Shown in pieces: positions 1 to 8,895 of a stretch of DNA of 40,200 nucleotides. Origin of the DNA: a virus (lineage: Duplodnaviria > Caudoviricetes); the IMG/VR virus record IMGVR_UViG_3300034965_000024, positions 1-40,200 of that record, one strand, 5' to 3'. The translations under genes were made by a program, and so were the position numbers. Each line of letters starts with the position of its first letter. The stretch's first letter is position 1. Below the pieces are notes generated by a model. The model searched no databases and was not told where the DNA came from. It saw only the letters and a list, made by a program, of their open reading frames with translations.

Positions 1-127
1 AAACAGACTGGCCCAGCACGGTAGGCGATGGGGTTACAGATGACGGTCCTGAGCTAGTTTTAGGGATTGCCGCAGGGAAAGAGTTAGAGCTTTCGAATGG
101 CACCTATTTAACATCCACGGTAGCGGT
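1..127. repeat. Terminal direct repeat, copy 1 (identical to 40074-40200); probable assembly overlap of a circular genome
   Basis: AAACAGACTGG...GGTAGCGGT is identical at both ends; 127 bp is a common assembler k-mer; it lies inside a CDS. Confidence 0.95.
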
Positions 128-1091
128 GACGCAGCCATTGAACCAAACCCTGTTTTTTCAACACGGGGCCAAAGTCACTATTTCGGGAACGGGGACTTTT
201 ACGCCCGCAGGCAACCAAGTTAAATTTGGCTGGAATCCTGAAAACCGTACGAATTGGATTCATCCCGGTGGTGTGGGGGATAACTATGAGGGGGTTTCGG
301 GTGATATAGGCAACTTCGGTCGGCGTAATCATATCGGCGTTGGCCATATGGTTGGCGTCTCTGGTTCGGTAGCCGTTCCCAATTCATCGACTATCCCGGC
401 TCACTGTTCAGGTGTAGCAGGATATGCGCGTAGCGATAGCACGACCACGGGCGCTGTAGGCGTTTATGGTCGGGCGTGGCCTGATCGGGCAGGGGTCTCG
501 CCCTTTGCGGGTAATTTCTTAATCACTGACGAAGGTTTTCAGGTTGCCGCTTATGGCGTTGAGATCGATGCCAATATTACCAATGTCTCAAGTGTGGTGC
601 GTGGACTCTATATTGTGGGCGCATCTACCGTAGAGCCCACGTTGTCGCCAGCAATCAATATTGATCCGCTCGGCGTTGGTACATCACCGGTTAAGCGCTG
701 GAGTCATGCCTTCAAATCAGAGGATGGTGCTGCACAAATTGGTATTTTAATCGGCGCGCTATTCCCCTCTGCCTCACAGGGCGCGCAGACCTTCCAAATG
801 AATTACCGAAGTGCCGGGAATGCATCAACGATCGGTATGCAGATTTTGGTGGATAGCGGCGGCAATACGTCCATCAGCTCGAGAACCAACGGATCTATTC
901 TTGACTTACAATCGAGCTCGGGCGGCACTGGCCAGGGAAATATTCGATTAGTGGGGGCGCAGGTGGGGTTTTTTACCTCCACGGGCGCCACCAAACAAAC
1001 CGTTACAGGGGCAAAAGGCGGTAATGCAGCCCTTACCTCTCTCATCGCGGCAATGGTCGCCTATGGCTTTATTACGGATACCACGACTTGA
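1..1091 (+). CDS. Tailspike / receptor-binding protein, C-terminal part (gene starts at 39659; about 501 aa in total)
   Basis: Track ORF 126..1091 is in frame with the ORF from 39659 across the overlap; GDGVTDD motif followed by a G/S/T-rich beta-strand body. Confidence 0.85.
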   Translation, partial: TDWPSTVGDGVTDDGPELVLGIAAGKELELSNGTYLTSTVAVTQPLNQTLFFQHGAKVTISGTGTFTPAGNQVKFGWNPENRTNWIHPGGVGDNYEGVSGDIGNFGRRNHIGVGHMVGVSGSVAVPNSSTIPAHCSGVAGYARSDSTTTGAVGVYGRAWPDRAGVSPFAGNFLITDEGFQVAAYGVEIDANITNVSSVVRGLYIVGASTVEPTLSPAINIDPLGVGTSPVKRWSHAFKSEDGAAQIGILIGALFPSASQGAQTFQMNYRSAGNASTIGMQILVDSGGNTSISSRTNGSILDLQSSSGGTGQGNIRLVGAQVGFFTSTGATKQTVTGAKGGNAALTSLIAAMVAYGFITDTTT

Positions 1092-1246
1092 TGAAAACCT
1101 ATGTACTCCCTGAAGATTTAAAACTCGGCTTGATGGAATATCTCGCTAGCCGTCCTTGGCGTGAAGTCGACACTGCCATGCATCGATTGCAAGAGCTGGT
1201 TGAAATCCCGGCACCTATCACGCCGGAGAATAAGTTGAATGAATAG
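1091..1246 (+). CDS. 51-aa protein after the tailspike (MKTYVLPEDLKLGLMEYLASRPWREV...), not in ORF track
   Basis: Hand translation; TGATG overlap with the tailspike stop and overlap with the lysozyme start. Confidence 0.7.
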   Translation: MKTYVLPEDLKLGLMEYLASRPWREVDTAMHRLQELVEIPAPITPENKLNE

Positions 1247-1664
1247 AGACAAATTGAAATCCCAGCTAGCGGCTGATGAAGGGTATAGAGGCGCTATGTA
1301 TTTCGATACGCTAGGGTTTGCCACCATTGGCTATGGCCGTATGATTGATTCAAAAAGGGGTGGAGGTATTACAAAAGACGAAGCCGCCTATCTGCTGAAC
1401 AACGATATTGATTTGGTGAATGCAAGGCTAAACGATGCGCTGCCCTGGTTTAAATCGCTCGACGATGCGCGCCAGAATGTATTGATTAACATGGGTTATA
1501 ACCTTTCTGTTGCGGGTTTGCTGAAATTCGCCAAGACACTGGACTACGTTAAGCGAGGGGATTACAAGAAAGCCGCAGAAGAGATGCTCCGCTCAACATG
1601 GAGCGAGCAGGTAGGGGATAGGGCAAAACGCCTTGCAAAGGTCATGGAGACCGGCATTTTATAG
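1239..1664 (+). CDS. Endolysin, GH24/T4-like lysozyme
   Basis: DEGYRGAMYFDTLGFATIGYG carries the E-x8-D-x5-T catalytic motif; NMGYNL and W.EQVGDRA.RL motifs. Confidence 0.92.
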   Translation: MNRDKLKSQLAADEGYRGAMYFDTLGFATIGYGRMIDSKRGGGITKDEAAYLLNNDIDLVNARLNDALPWFKSLDDARQNVLINMGYNLSVAGLLKFAKTLDYVKRGDYKKAAEEMLRSTWSEQVGDRAKRLAKVMETGIL

Positions 1665-1672
1665 GGGAATCT

Positions 1673-1942
1673 ATGTACGCAAAAGTCATCATTAACGCAA
1701 TACTGACCACTCTTATCTCCCTGTGTACGATGCTTGGACTGTTATTCACCACAAAAGGTATTGCGAGCTTTTCGGACATCAGCGAGGTAGCATATGGTTA
1801 TGCCATCATTACCTCGATAGCTGCCGGGCTTGTTCTGCTGAAAACCTCATTAAGCGACAGCCCTGCTAATATTAAGCAGACTGACTCTATAGTGGCTGCG
1901 GCCGCAAATCTCAATTTACCCACACCGGAGAAATCGATTTGA
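1673..1942 (+). CDS. Putative holin (2 TM helices)
   Basis: Two hydrophobic segments; immediately downstream of the endolysin. Confidence 0.55.
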   Translation: MYAKVIINAILTTLISLCTMLGLLFTTKGIASFSDISEVAYGYAIITSIAAGLVLLKTSLSDSPANIKQTDSIVAAAANLNLPTPEKSI

Positions 1943-2268
1943 AAAACCCTCTCGTTATCGCCGCTTTTGTTCTGCTCGCCGGCTGCGTCACGCCGCCCCC
2001 TATCACTGACACCAACGATGCGTTTGCCGAGTCCTACGCTACGATCAATACGATGACCGGCTGGGTGGCGAGCGGTGAACGGAATCAGTTATTAACCCAT
2101 ACTAAAGCAGTCGATCTCTACAAGCGCATACGCGACGTTAACGATGGCATTTATCAAGCCCAGTCACTCAAAGACCCGGTAGCCTCCAAAGACGCCCTAG
2201 CGACCGCTCAAGCGATCCTGAAGGGTTTGCAGAAAGAACTCGTCCAGCAAGGAGTGAATCATGAGTAA
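1939..2268 (+). CDS. Lipoprotein, possible spanin-like lysis component
   Basis: Signal peptide with LAGC lipobox; helical body; in the lysis cassette. Confidence 0.7.
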   Translation: MKNPLVIAAFVLLAGCVTPPPITDTNDAFAESYATINTMTGWVASGERNQLLTHTKAVDLYKRIRDVNDGIYQAQSLKDPVASKDALATAQAILKGLQKELVQQGVNHE

Positions 2269-2458
2269 TGATGCCCTATTAACCGCTGTTAACGCCTTCA
2301 GCGCCGCCCTAGACGGTCTGGCGGCCTTCAATGTGTCTCACCAGAAGATCATCGATATGAAGGCCGCCAAGAATGGCGAACCATTTACCGATGCGGATCT
2401 CACTGAACTCTACACCGAGAACAAATCGACCCTCGATACACTGATAGGTGACGCATGA
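2261..2458 (+). CDS. Hypothetical helical protein coupled to the lipoprotein
   Basis: GGAG RBS; overlaps both neighbours. Confidence 0.7.
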   Translation: MSNDALLTAVNAFSAALDGLAAFNVSHQKIIDMKAAKNGEPFTDADLTELYTENKSTLDTLIGDA

Positions 2459-2874
2459 AAAAGCTAGCTGCCCTTCTCCTGATTGCTATCTCGCTACCTG
2501 CACTCGCTCAGGCTGCCAGCCAAAGCGTTATCTATAGCTGGTCAGCACCTACGACGAGGGTAGACGGTACAGCGCTGCCAGCGGCTCAAATAGGCGGTTA
2601 TGAGCTAATCTATACCATTGATAGCGGTACGCCGGTTGTAGTTGCTTTGGCTGGCTCTATCGTCACCAATACGCAAACCCTTAACCTCTCGCCAAGAGTT
2701 AACCCCTACGTTCTAGTATCCAGTATAAAGGTGGTGGATACCTCTGGCGTTAAATCGGTAGCTACAGTAGTGACAAACAACATTACTGTATTATCCTCAT
2801 CGCCATCAGCTCCCGGTTCATTTAAGGCAACGATTAGCTGTAATGCTGGCAGCTGTTCACTGATCATTAATTAA
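2455..2874 (+). CDS. Secreted fibronectin type III / Ig-like protein
   Basis: Sec signal ending ALA; SWSAPTTRVDG...IGGYELIY FN3-type motif; beta-rich. Confidence 0.65.
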   Translation: MKKLAALLLIAISLPALAQAASQSVIYSWSAPTTRVDGTALPAAQIGGYELIYTIDSGTPVVVALAGSIVTNTQTLNLSPRVNPYVLVSSIKVVDTSGVKSVATVVTNNITVLSSSPSAPGSFKATISCNAGSCSLIIN

Positions 2875-2904
2875 GCCCGATCAGAGCAAATAGCGTGAGT
2901 AGCA

Positions 2905-3111
2905 TTATGCCTCCCGATCAATCATCGGATTATTTGTAGCCTGCGGCCCAAAGGCTTCGTCCGCCGCGCTATTTATTAGACTGATAAATGCCTCAACCTG
3001 CGCGCGCGATTTGAATTCCTGACAATACCAGCTATCGGCATCGTTACATAACATCACGCTATGCGCCTCCTTTTCAGCCCATACTAGGTGAGTACATTCT
3101 TCGCCTGGCAT
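2905..3111 (-). CDS. Hypothetical protein, last gene of the leftward early operon
   Basis: ORF track; start moved to ATG 3111 behind a GAGGGG RBS. Confidence 0.65.
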   Translation of the reverse strand: MPGEECTHLVWAEKEAHSVMLCNDADSWYCQEFKSRAQVEAFISLINSAADEAFGPQATNNPMIDREA

Positions 3112-3112
3112 A

Positions 3113-3379
3113 TTACTTCCCCTCGTCATACATAGCGTCGGCGGTGACAGATTGGGTAGGGTCCGCTAAAGTGATTTTCACCAATCCATTCTTGATTAAG
3201 AAATCCATAATCTTTGCCGGCGAATAACTATAAACATTGGTGTTTGGTTGTTCGCATAAAAGCTCGCCGCGTGGCCAGCCTTTGGGCTTCAGCTTCCATG
3301 GCCTTGGCAAGACTAGGGTTAATCGCGTTTCTGCTTGCAGTGCCGCAATGCATTGGCTATATAGCTCTGGAAATTCCAT
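3113..3379 (-). CDS. Hypothetical phage protein (MEFPELY...PKGWPRGELLC)
   Basis: 3' part of track ORF 3113..3637; ATG 3379 is coupled to the upstream stop. Confidence 0.7.
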   Translation of the reverse strand: MEFPELYSQCIAALQAETRLTLVLPRPWKLKPKGWPRGELLCEQPNTNVYSYSPAKIMDFLIKNGLVKITLADPTQSVTADAMYDEGK

Positions 3380-3906
3380 CACACATCCCCCTCTGCCACG
3401 ACTGAGCGCAGATCGGTGGATGCTGCTGCTATCATTGCGCGATAAGCTGGCGCCATTGTTGCAATACCTGCTGCTATCATATCCGCTGTTGCCCCAGGCG
3501 CAGCATCCATCGACATAAGGATAATGGGGGCGGCAGCGCGAGCCATTTCTATGTCGGCCGGCGAAGCCGTGGGCCATGCTGCAATCGAAGCTGCCGCCAA
3601 TATTTCCTCTGTCGGCTCTCTCGGAACCATAACCCACTCATCCCCCATCGCCTCCTTTACGGGTGGGTAGGCGAACAATTCATGAGTTCCTGGCCCAAGC
3701 CTTCCAATATTGTCCCACGATACCAAATGCATATCTGGATAAACGCGGCTTTGCTCCAGCACGATACGCACTACAGCCTCCTGCGCGGGGTCGATGATCC
3801 TGGCTGGCAATGGCGCACCAAGAACTCCACCTATTGATAGCCAAGCCCTGAATGGAATTTCTGGCTCGAAATTATCGGGCACCTCAACCTCAATTAACTT
3901 TTTCAT
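3379..3906 (-). CDS. Hypothetical multi-module phage protein
   Basis: GAGG RBS; WVMVPREPTEE...YRAMIAAA motif typical of lambdoid early proteins. Confidence 0.75.
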   Translation of the reverse strand: MKKLIEVEVPDNFEPEIPFRAWLSIGGVLGAPLPARIIDPAQEAVVRIVLEQSRVYPDMHLVSWDNIGRLGPGTHELFAYPPVKEAMGDEWVMVPREPTEEILAAASIAAWPTASPADIEMARAAAPIILMSMDAAPGATADMIAAGIATMAPAYRAMIAAASTDLRSVVAEGDV

Positions 3907-4023
3907 TTAAATACCTCTCAGCCCTGCTGAATACATCACAAGAAATTGCAAATAAATAACAGACGCCCCCAAAGAGATAGGCAAGACATTTACATAAGAA
4001 GCTGAGTACTTTATACACAAGCT

Positions 4024-4524
4024 TCACCCTCCCTCTCCCCTCGTTGCCGTAGTGGCCGCTCTGCGAATCTGCCTACAGTTCGGTACCGATGAAATTCGCG
4101 GCGAGTTGCCTAGATCTTTGCCAAACACTACAACCATAGAGCCATGATTAGCGCGAGCCTGTTCTCCATTTTTCTTGAACCAAAGCCGGTCACGAACGTA
4201 GCGAATCTCCGTGGCGCGCATAACAAAATCGTGAAACCATTTGGTATCAACCGATGCCGGCAATAATGCAACCCCGGTACCGCCTGCCGCAGCCGTTTCA
4301 TAGGCTTTTCTGACCCAGCTATAAACATCTTGGCCGCGACCATAAGGCGGGTTCATCCAAAACGTCTCACCACTCCAGTCTTGCGCAAGACCATCTTTCT
4401 CTGGCGTGAAATAGCGCATACATTTGGCGGTACCGGGCAGCGCGCAGACATCAACGGTAAATCCAAACTCCGCATCAAGCATGTCGAAGAACTCCTGTGG
4501 TGTTTCCCATGCTGTTTCTGTCAC
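4024..4524 (-). CDS. dam: Phage DNA N6-adenine methyltransferase (Dam family)
   Basis: WETPQ, FTVDVCA, DGLAQDW, WMNPPYG (motif IV), LLPASVDTKWFH. Confidence 0.92.
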   Translation of the reverse strand: MTETAWETPQEFFDMLDAEFGFTVDVCALPGTAKCMRYFTPEKDGLAQDWSGETFWMNPPYGRGQDVYSWVRKAYETAAAGGTGVALLPASVDTKWFHDFVMRATEIRYVRDRLWFKKNGEQARANHGSMVVVFGKDLGNSPRISSVPNCRQIRRAATTATRGEGG

Positions 4525-5384
4525 GCATCCTCTCCCGTAGTGGCTGGGGTGATGCCGAACAGGTATAGATTCATTCCAGGTTTGTAATTAAGTCGGACGT
4601 GCATTGGGAACCATTTGCCGGAGTTTTTTCTGACAGGTTCCATAAATTGGTCTTTCAGCATTTTGCCGCTCGTTTCATGCATCCAGGCAAAAGGATAGAC
4701 TGCGAATTCATCACTCAGCGGCGCAGCCTCTGGCGCCTTCGGAGCGGTGCTAAACAGCTCATTAAGTTTTTCCATAAGCCAGCGTTGATGATCTTCATCG
4801 CCATGCTTTATATACTCGAAGATAGCTGCTGCACTCAGCGGCACAGCCTCGGGCGCCTTCGGGGCGGCGGCGCGCGTCAATTCAGCGTATTCGTTTAAGC
4901 AACATGAATAGCCGGAATCAAAACCATTAAAATACTCGCCGTATCGCTCCGGGTTTGCGGCGTGCATCGCCATATAGGCTTGATTTTTCTCAAGCAGCTG
5001 CCGAAATATTTTATCGCGCATCTCCCCCGCAACCTCGGCAGGCTGAGGGGCGGCGGCAGCTATGCGCATTATTTCGGCAGCGTATACCTCGCGCAAAGAT
5101 TGAACATGTCGCTGAATAAAATTTTCACCCGCGCCAAATTGATCGGATGCAAACACCAAGAAAGTACCAACTTGAGTAACCAGCTCGTTAGGGTATTCAA
5201 GCACAGCCCCCGCACCGAGCTTGGCGGTGAGGGCTTCTATCTGCGCCTGTTGGCTGCGGAGGATTTCTGGAATTTCTCGCAGGTTAGTGCGCAGCGGCTC
5301 TGAATGCTCAAACTGCCTCTCTGCATATTCAATCGCATTTAAATGCCGCGCCTCTAATTTAACCGCCTCGCCTTGCTCGCTCAT
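4521..5384 (-). CDS. Mosaic early protein (Ead/Ea22-like architecture)
   Basis: 287-aa ORF of short modules joined by A/P-rich linkers, one of them duplicated. Confidence 0.7.
   Translation of the reverse strand: MSEQGEAVKLEARHLNAIEYAERQFEHSEPLRTNLREIPEILRSQQAQIEALTAKLGAGAVLEYPNELVTQVGTFLVFASDQFGAGENFIQRHVQSLREVYAAEIMRIAAAAPQPAEVAGEMRDKIFRQLLEKNQAYMAMHAANPERYGEYFNGFDSGYSCCLNEYAELTRAAAPKAPEAVPLSAAAIFEYIKHGDEDHQRWLMEKLNELFSTAPKAPEAAPLSDEFAVYPFAWMHETSGKMLKDQFMEPVRKNSGKWFPMHVRLNYKPGMNLYLFGITPATTGEDA
4712..4867. repeat. 36-bp imperfect direct repeat (4712-4747 and 4832-4867)
   Basis: CACTCAGCGGC[G/A]CAGCCTC[T/G]GGCGCCTTCGG[A/G]GCGG, 120 bp apart; encodes APKAPEAxPLS. Confidence 0.9.
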
Positions 5385-5489
5385 TCTAAAATCCTCATTA
5401 ACTAGCCGATAATGCCAAAAGAAAGAAAGGCGCTATAATTGCCAATATAATTATTACAGTGTCTGCTCTCATACCCGCCTCGCTGGTTG

Positions 5490-5750
5490 CTAAAGTGGAT
5501 TAATAAGTAGTTCTGTATCAGGCATACCGCGAGATTCAATACCCAGCGTTTCACTTCTGCCGTGACACTCACCATTATCAATAAAGCCGGCAGAGATAAG
5601 TTCGCCGTCCTTTCGTAATTTCCGCTCCCAGTTTTGATCGCTGCCAAAGCGAATAGCCGCTATAGCTTCCGCCATTCGATCATGGTCAACATCTCGCGGG
5701 AATATAAATATTAATTCCTTGTCGTTTAGCGCGGTGACTATGTATTTCAT
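5490..5750 (-). CDS. Hypothetical phage protein
   Basis: GGGGAG RBS; abuts the upstream stop. Confidence 0.75.
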   Translation of the reverse strand: MKYIVTALNDKELIFIFPRDVDHDRMAEAIAAIRFGSDQNWERKLRKDGELISAGFIDNGECHGRSETLGIESRGMPDTELLINPL

Positions 5751-6107
5751 CTACTCCCCCATCGCCGCAGCTGCGCGGACTATCGCTCTTCGGGTTGTCG
5801 ATAAAGCTTCGCCATTTTCATGTAAGCTCGACGCCTGTTGAGGGGTTTTCCAATATAAGACGTGAATTGATTTGTCTTCACCTGGACCATATCTAACATC
5901 AACAAGCATTCCAAGCTTAACGGCCAATCGCAGCGCATCGCCGTCATCGGTTAATGGGTTCCATCGGCAGGATTCTGGTCTGGCAGTTTGGAAGCCCCAT
6001 TCTTCAGGCTCATCCATCCATTCGCCTTTATCAACCCACTGATAAAGCGAAATACCTGCTGCCCTAGCTGCAACCTCTAACAGCTCTCTATCCGTCTTGT
6101 CACTCAT
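5751..6107 (-). CDS. Conserved hypothetical phage protein (WNPLTDDGDALRLAV family)
   Basis: Recognisable phage motif; start MSDKTDRELL behind GGAG. Confidence 0.8.
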   Translation of the reverse strand: MSDKTDRELLEVAARAAGISLYQWVDKGEWMDEPEEWGFQTARPESCRWNPLTDDGDALRLAVKLGMLVDVRYGPGEDKSIHVLYWKTPQQASSLHENGEALSTTRRAIVRAAAAMGE

Positions 6108-6351
6108 GGCTCGCTCCGGGGTTAACCGAGATATCGATTGTTGTTTCAAATGGTGGCTCTACCCCCATAACAATATGCTCACCAAAAATAGCCATTAAGT
6201 CCCACAGCTGAAACTCGGTCCATCCGTCAATTTCTTTTGGCGGACTATATGGATAATCCGTAGAGCTAAACGGAGCCCAATGTTCGCGGTGAATGGCGCG
6301 CCCTTTATCTGTCAGCTTCACCTTTACCTTTTCGTTAATATTGAAAAGCAT
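6100..6351 (-). CDS. Conserved hypothetical phage protein
   Basis: FNINEKVKVKLT...FQLWDLMAIFG motif; coupled to neighbours. Confidence 0.8.
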   Translation of the reverse strand: MLFNINEKVKVKLTDKGRAIHREHWAPFSSTDYPYSPPKEIDGWTEFQLWDLMAIFGEHIVMGVEPPFETTIDISVNPGASHE

Positions 6352-6890
6352 TATTTCGTTCCCGCGCCCTCGGCGGCTATGGCTGCGTCGATTGCTTCGT
6401 CTAGTTTTTCATTGCGCGGCAAATACCAATAAGATTTATCAACCGGCCCATTACATAAAACTGTTTCATCGTTGTCGCCATGCCGTAGCCACTGATACCG
6501 CCGCGCATCGGCCTCGGACTGGGCGAGCTTTTGTTCAACTTGTTTGAGTTTTGCTACTAGCCCTTGCGTCGTAAGGACCATAGCGTCGATATGATGCCGC
6601 TTATTACGAATTGTGCCATCGTATGCGGCAAGTTCGCGCTGCCACGCATTCGCATACATGTCCGCATCAGCGTTGGCGTTCTTAGCGCTTTTCTCCGCCG
6701 CCTCCAGCCGCTGGCGCAGGGTTGCGTTTTCATTACACGATGCAGCAAGCCATTCGCTCAATGTTGCGTTTTCATTACACGATGCAGCAAGCCATTCGCT
6801 CAATGTTGCGTTTTCATTACACGATGCAGCAAGCCATTCGCTCAATGTTGCGATTTGCGCTTGTTCAACCGGATCCGTCATTTTAACCAA
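6351..6890 (-). CDS. Coiled-coil early protein with a 14-aa tandem repeat (Ead/Ea22-like)
   Basis: ATLSEWLAASCNEN x3; DARRYQWLR...LDEAIDAAI C-terminal motif. Confidence 0.8.
   Translation of the reverse strand: MVKMTDPVEQAQIATLSEWLAASCNENATLSEWLAASCNENATLSEWLAASCNENATLRQRLEAAEKSAKNANADADMYANAWQRELAAYDGTIRNKRHHIDAMVLTTQGLVAKLKQVEQKLAQSEADARRYQWLRHGDNDETVLCNGPVDKSYWYLPRNEKLDEAIDAAIAAEGAGTK
6721..6852. repeat. Perfect 42-bp tandem repeat, 3 copies plus 6 bp
   Basis: GTTGCGTTTTCATTACACGATGCAGCAAGCCATTCGCTCAAT at 6721, 6763 and 6805. Confidence 0.97.
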
Positions 6891-7074
6891 CCCTCAAAGC
6901 CGGAAACGATACACCGCCGAATGCAACGCTCAGCACGACTAGAATAAGTATCACAATGCAGATCACATTGATGACTTGCTTGATCGGAGCAGGTAACGGT
7001 AACAGCGTGATCAAATACCAGATCAACCCGCCAACTATGAGCAGTACGATAAGATGGATTAGTAAATTAATCAT
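6883..7074 (-). CDS. Small 2-TM membrane protein (Thivi_2564-like)
   Basis: [10 protein letters not shown]...[14 protein letters not shown] helical hairpin; start 7074 behind AAGGA. Confidence 0.7.
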   Translation of the reverse strand: MINLLIHLIVLLIVGGLIWYLITLLPLPAPIKQVINVICIVILILVVLSVAFGGVSFPALRVG

Positions 7075-7243
7075 GATAGTTTCCTTTGGGTTGTTTATGG
7101 ACTGCGTCATCACGCACGATAGAGATTTCTTTCGGCGCCTCTATTCCAATACGCACTTGATTACCGGTGATATTAAGTATCGTTACAGTAATTTTGTCGC
7201 CGATAAATAACGAGCTTCCTAAATTCCTGCTGATGACAAGCAT
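7067..7243 (-). CDS. csrA: Carbon storage regulator CsrA/RsmA homolog (58 aa; not in ORF track)
   Basis: Hand translation [46 protein letters not shown]... aligns without gaps to CsrA (IGD, GNQVRIG, APKE, R44); AGGAG RBS. Confidence 0.93.
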   Translation of the reverse strand: MLVISRNLGSSLFIGDKITVTILNITGNQVRIGIEAPKEISIVRDDAVHKQPKGNYHD

Positions 7244-7263
7244 CTTAGTGCTCCTGGTTGTTG

Positions 7264-7998
7264 TTAGGCCGAAAACGTTAATTTTTTGTAAGCCGCCAAT
7301 GTTGCTTTAACATCTTCTGCATTATAGGCAGCGATTTCATCGTATTTTCCGGCCAGCCAATAATCACAAACTTGCGATCCATCCATATCTGATTTCACCT
7401 CAATATCTAAAGCCTTACATAGATTAGCTAAAGATATTCGCTCCTGATATCCGCACCAAGCTTGCATCGTACAGAAGTAGTCTTTATCGTGACGACCTTT
7501 AAAAGGCAGATCGAATAATGGTTTTACACCAAGAATAACGCAACGGCGAAACAGAAATTTTAAATCCCACTCTAGGTTATGACCGATAAAGGTTGGCGGC
7601 CTTCCTTCTAAGTCGAGCTGAGACGATAACTTCTGATTGAAATGCATTAGCGTGTCGCGCTCCAGTTCAGGATTGTCAATCACTAAACCGTCATGCCCAG
7701 CATCGCCATCTACCCGCCAAGCAACGCTTAATAGGCGCCCATACGTACCGTCTAAAGCAGTTTTACGCCATGCCTGTTCGGCCACTTCCGGCGCCTTGAT
7801 AGCTGCCATTTCTTTTTCCCATTTCGCCGTTAAATCCTTGGCATTGATATACTTGATTTCATCGGCAGACATATTAAGATCGGCGCCGGCCTCGGCTTTG
7901 GTTAGAGTCGGTGGTGCCTTAAAATTGGTTGTAGCCTCATCCAAAAATCGTTGCTTATCGACGCTGGGCACAGTCTCGATATCTATAACAATATTCAT
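7264..7998 (-). CDS. 3'-5' exonuclease, DEDD/PolB-exo-like
   Basis: DIET (Exo I), [11 protein letters not shown] (Exo II), YNAEDV (Exo III). Confidence 0.88.
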   Translation of the reverse strand: MNIVIDIETVPSVDKQRFLDEATTNFKAPPTLTKAEAGADLNMSADEIKYINAKDLTAKWEKEMAAIKAPEVAEQAWRKTALDGTYGRLLSVAWRVDGDAGHDGLVIDNPELERDTLMHFNQKLSSQLDLEGRPPTFIGHNLEWDLKFLFRRCVILGVKPLFDLPFKGRHDKDYFCTMQAWCGYQERISLANLCKALDIEVKSDMDGSQVCDYWLAGKYDEIAAYNAEDVKATLAAYKKLTFSA

Positions 7999-8471
7999 GC
8001 TGTTTTCCCTTTGTTAAAGTAAGCGGTTTGCCATTTCTCTAATCGATCAGCTAAATCTTTCTTGGTTTGATCGCCAATCTTGTAGGACTTCCCAAACGCC
8101 TCTATAGGCACCCAGGAGTTAGGCAGCTCGTACAGGTATCGACCCACCCCCCAAAGCACCGCAGCGCGCTTTAGAGCGTCGGAGAAGGCCCCTTTCTCAG
8201 CTTCTACGTCCGTCTCGCCGCATCCATTCGCTTTATAGACCCACTCCGACTCTATCTTGATACCGATCTCGCATACCAAGCGCTTACCATCGGACCAAGG
8301 GTATCGAGCTGACCAGACAGCAGCGCCGCAGACGCTATCAAGGCGGCCCATAACATCGCGAGCATCTAAATAAGCCAAAGCAATACCTTTGGTCTTATCC
8401 TGCGTTGTAGCGCCTACGCGCCAGCTTATTTGCTTGGCTGGAAATGGTAATGAGAGATCAGTAAGGATCAC
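7995..8471 (-). CDS. Rad52/Rad22-family single-strand annealing protein (Sak-like)
   Basis: LAYLDARDVMGRLD and EAEKGAFSDALKRAAVLWGVGRYLY signatures. Confidence 0.92.
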   Translation of the reverse strand: MILTDLSLPFPAKQISWRVGATTQDKTKGIALAYLDARDVMGRLDSVCGAAVWSARYPWSDGKRLVCEIGIKIESEWVYKANGCGETDVEAEKGAFSDALKRAAVLWGVGRYLYELPNSWVPIEAFGKSYKIGDQTKKDLADRLEKWQTAYFNKGKTA

Positions 8472-8634
8472 GGCTTAACTCCTCTGCAAAGACAATTTTT
8501 TGGCCTTCTGAAATGCAGATGGAGCGCTCATAACTATAGAGTGGGTAGTCTTTAAATTTATCGATCCGGCCTTCTTCGCGCCATGCCATACGCACTTCAA
8601 AGCGGAGTTGTGATTCTGTCTTAGGTAATTCCAT
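8458..8634 (-). CDS. 58-aa hypothetical protein (MELPKTESQLRF...), not in ORF track
   Basis: Hand translation; GGAGCACTA RBS; overlaps the Rad52-like start. Confidence 0.7.
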   Translation of the reverse strand: MELPKTESQLRFEVRMAWREEGRIDKFKDYPLYSYERSICISEGQKIVFAEELSRDPY

Positions 8635-8646
8635 TCTAGTGCTCCA

Positions 8647-8826
8647 TCATCTTTGTGGTAAGTTTTGAATATCTTCAGCCAGTTCTTCGGCAGTAACTTG
8701 CAGAATTTCTAGAAGCGCTCTAGCCTCTTTTTCATCAAAAAGACCAAGCTCTATTTTTGTATTGTCGGCAATAACAACAACATCTATAAATCTCGAATTT
8801 CGCTTTATCTTAAAACTAAGGCTCAT
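8647..8826 (-). CDS. 59-aa hypothetical protein (MSLSFKIKRNSRF...), not in ORF track
   Basis: Hand translation; AAGGAGCACTA RBS. Confidence 0.7.
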   Translation of the reverse strand: MSLSFKIKRNSRFIDVVVIADNTKIELGLFDEKEARALLEILQVTAEELAEDIQNLPQR

Positions 8827-8895
8827 GTTTAGTGCTCCTTCATCATTAAGGCTTAATTGTAGTGCTCAACAGAGCGGTTGGATAATAGTATTTAT

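Noticed and set aside
1-127. Biological direct terminal repeat
   Set aside because: Length equals a common assembler k-mer and it falls mid-gene
3380-3637. N-terminal extension of track ORF 3113..3637
   Set aside because: Overlaps the 3379..3906 gene in another frame; the coupled ATG at 3379 is more plausible
4011-4019. Isolated DnaA box TTATACACA
   Set aside because: A single copy is expected by chance in 40 kb
6721-6852. CRISPR array
   Set aside because: Repeats are contiguous with no spacers, in frame within a CDS, and no cas genes are present
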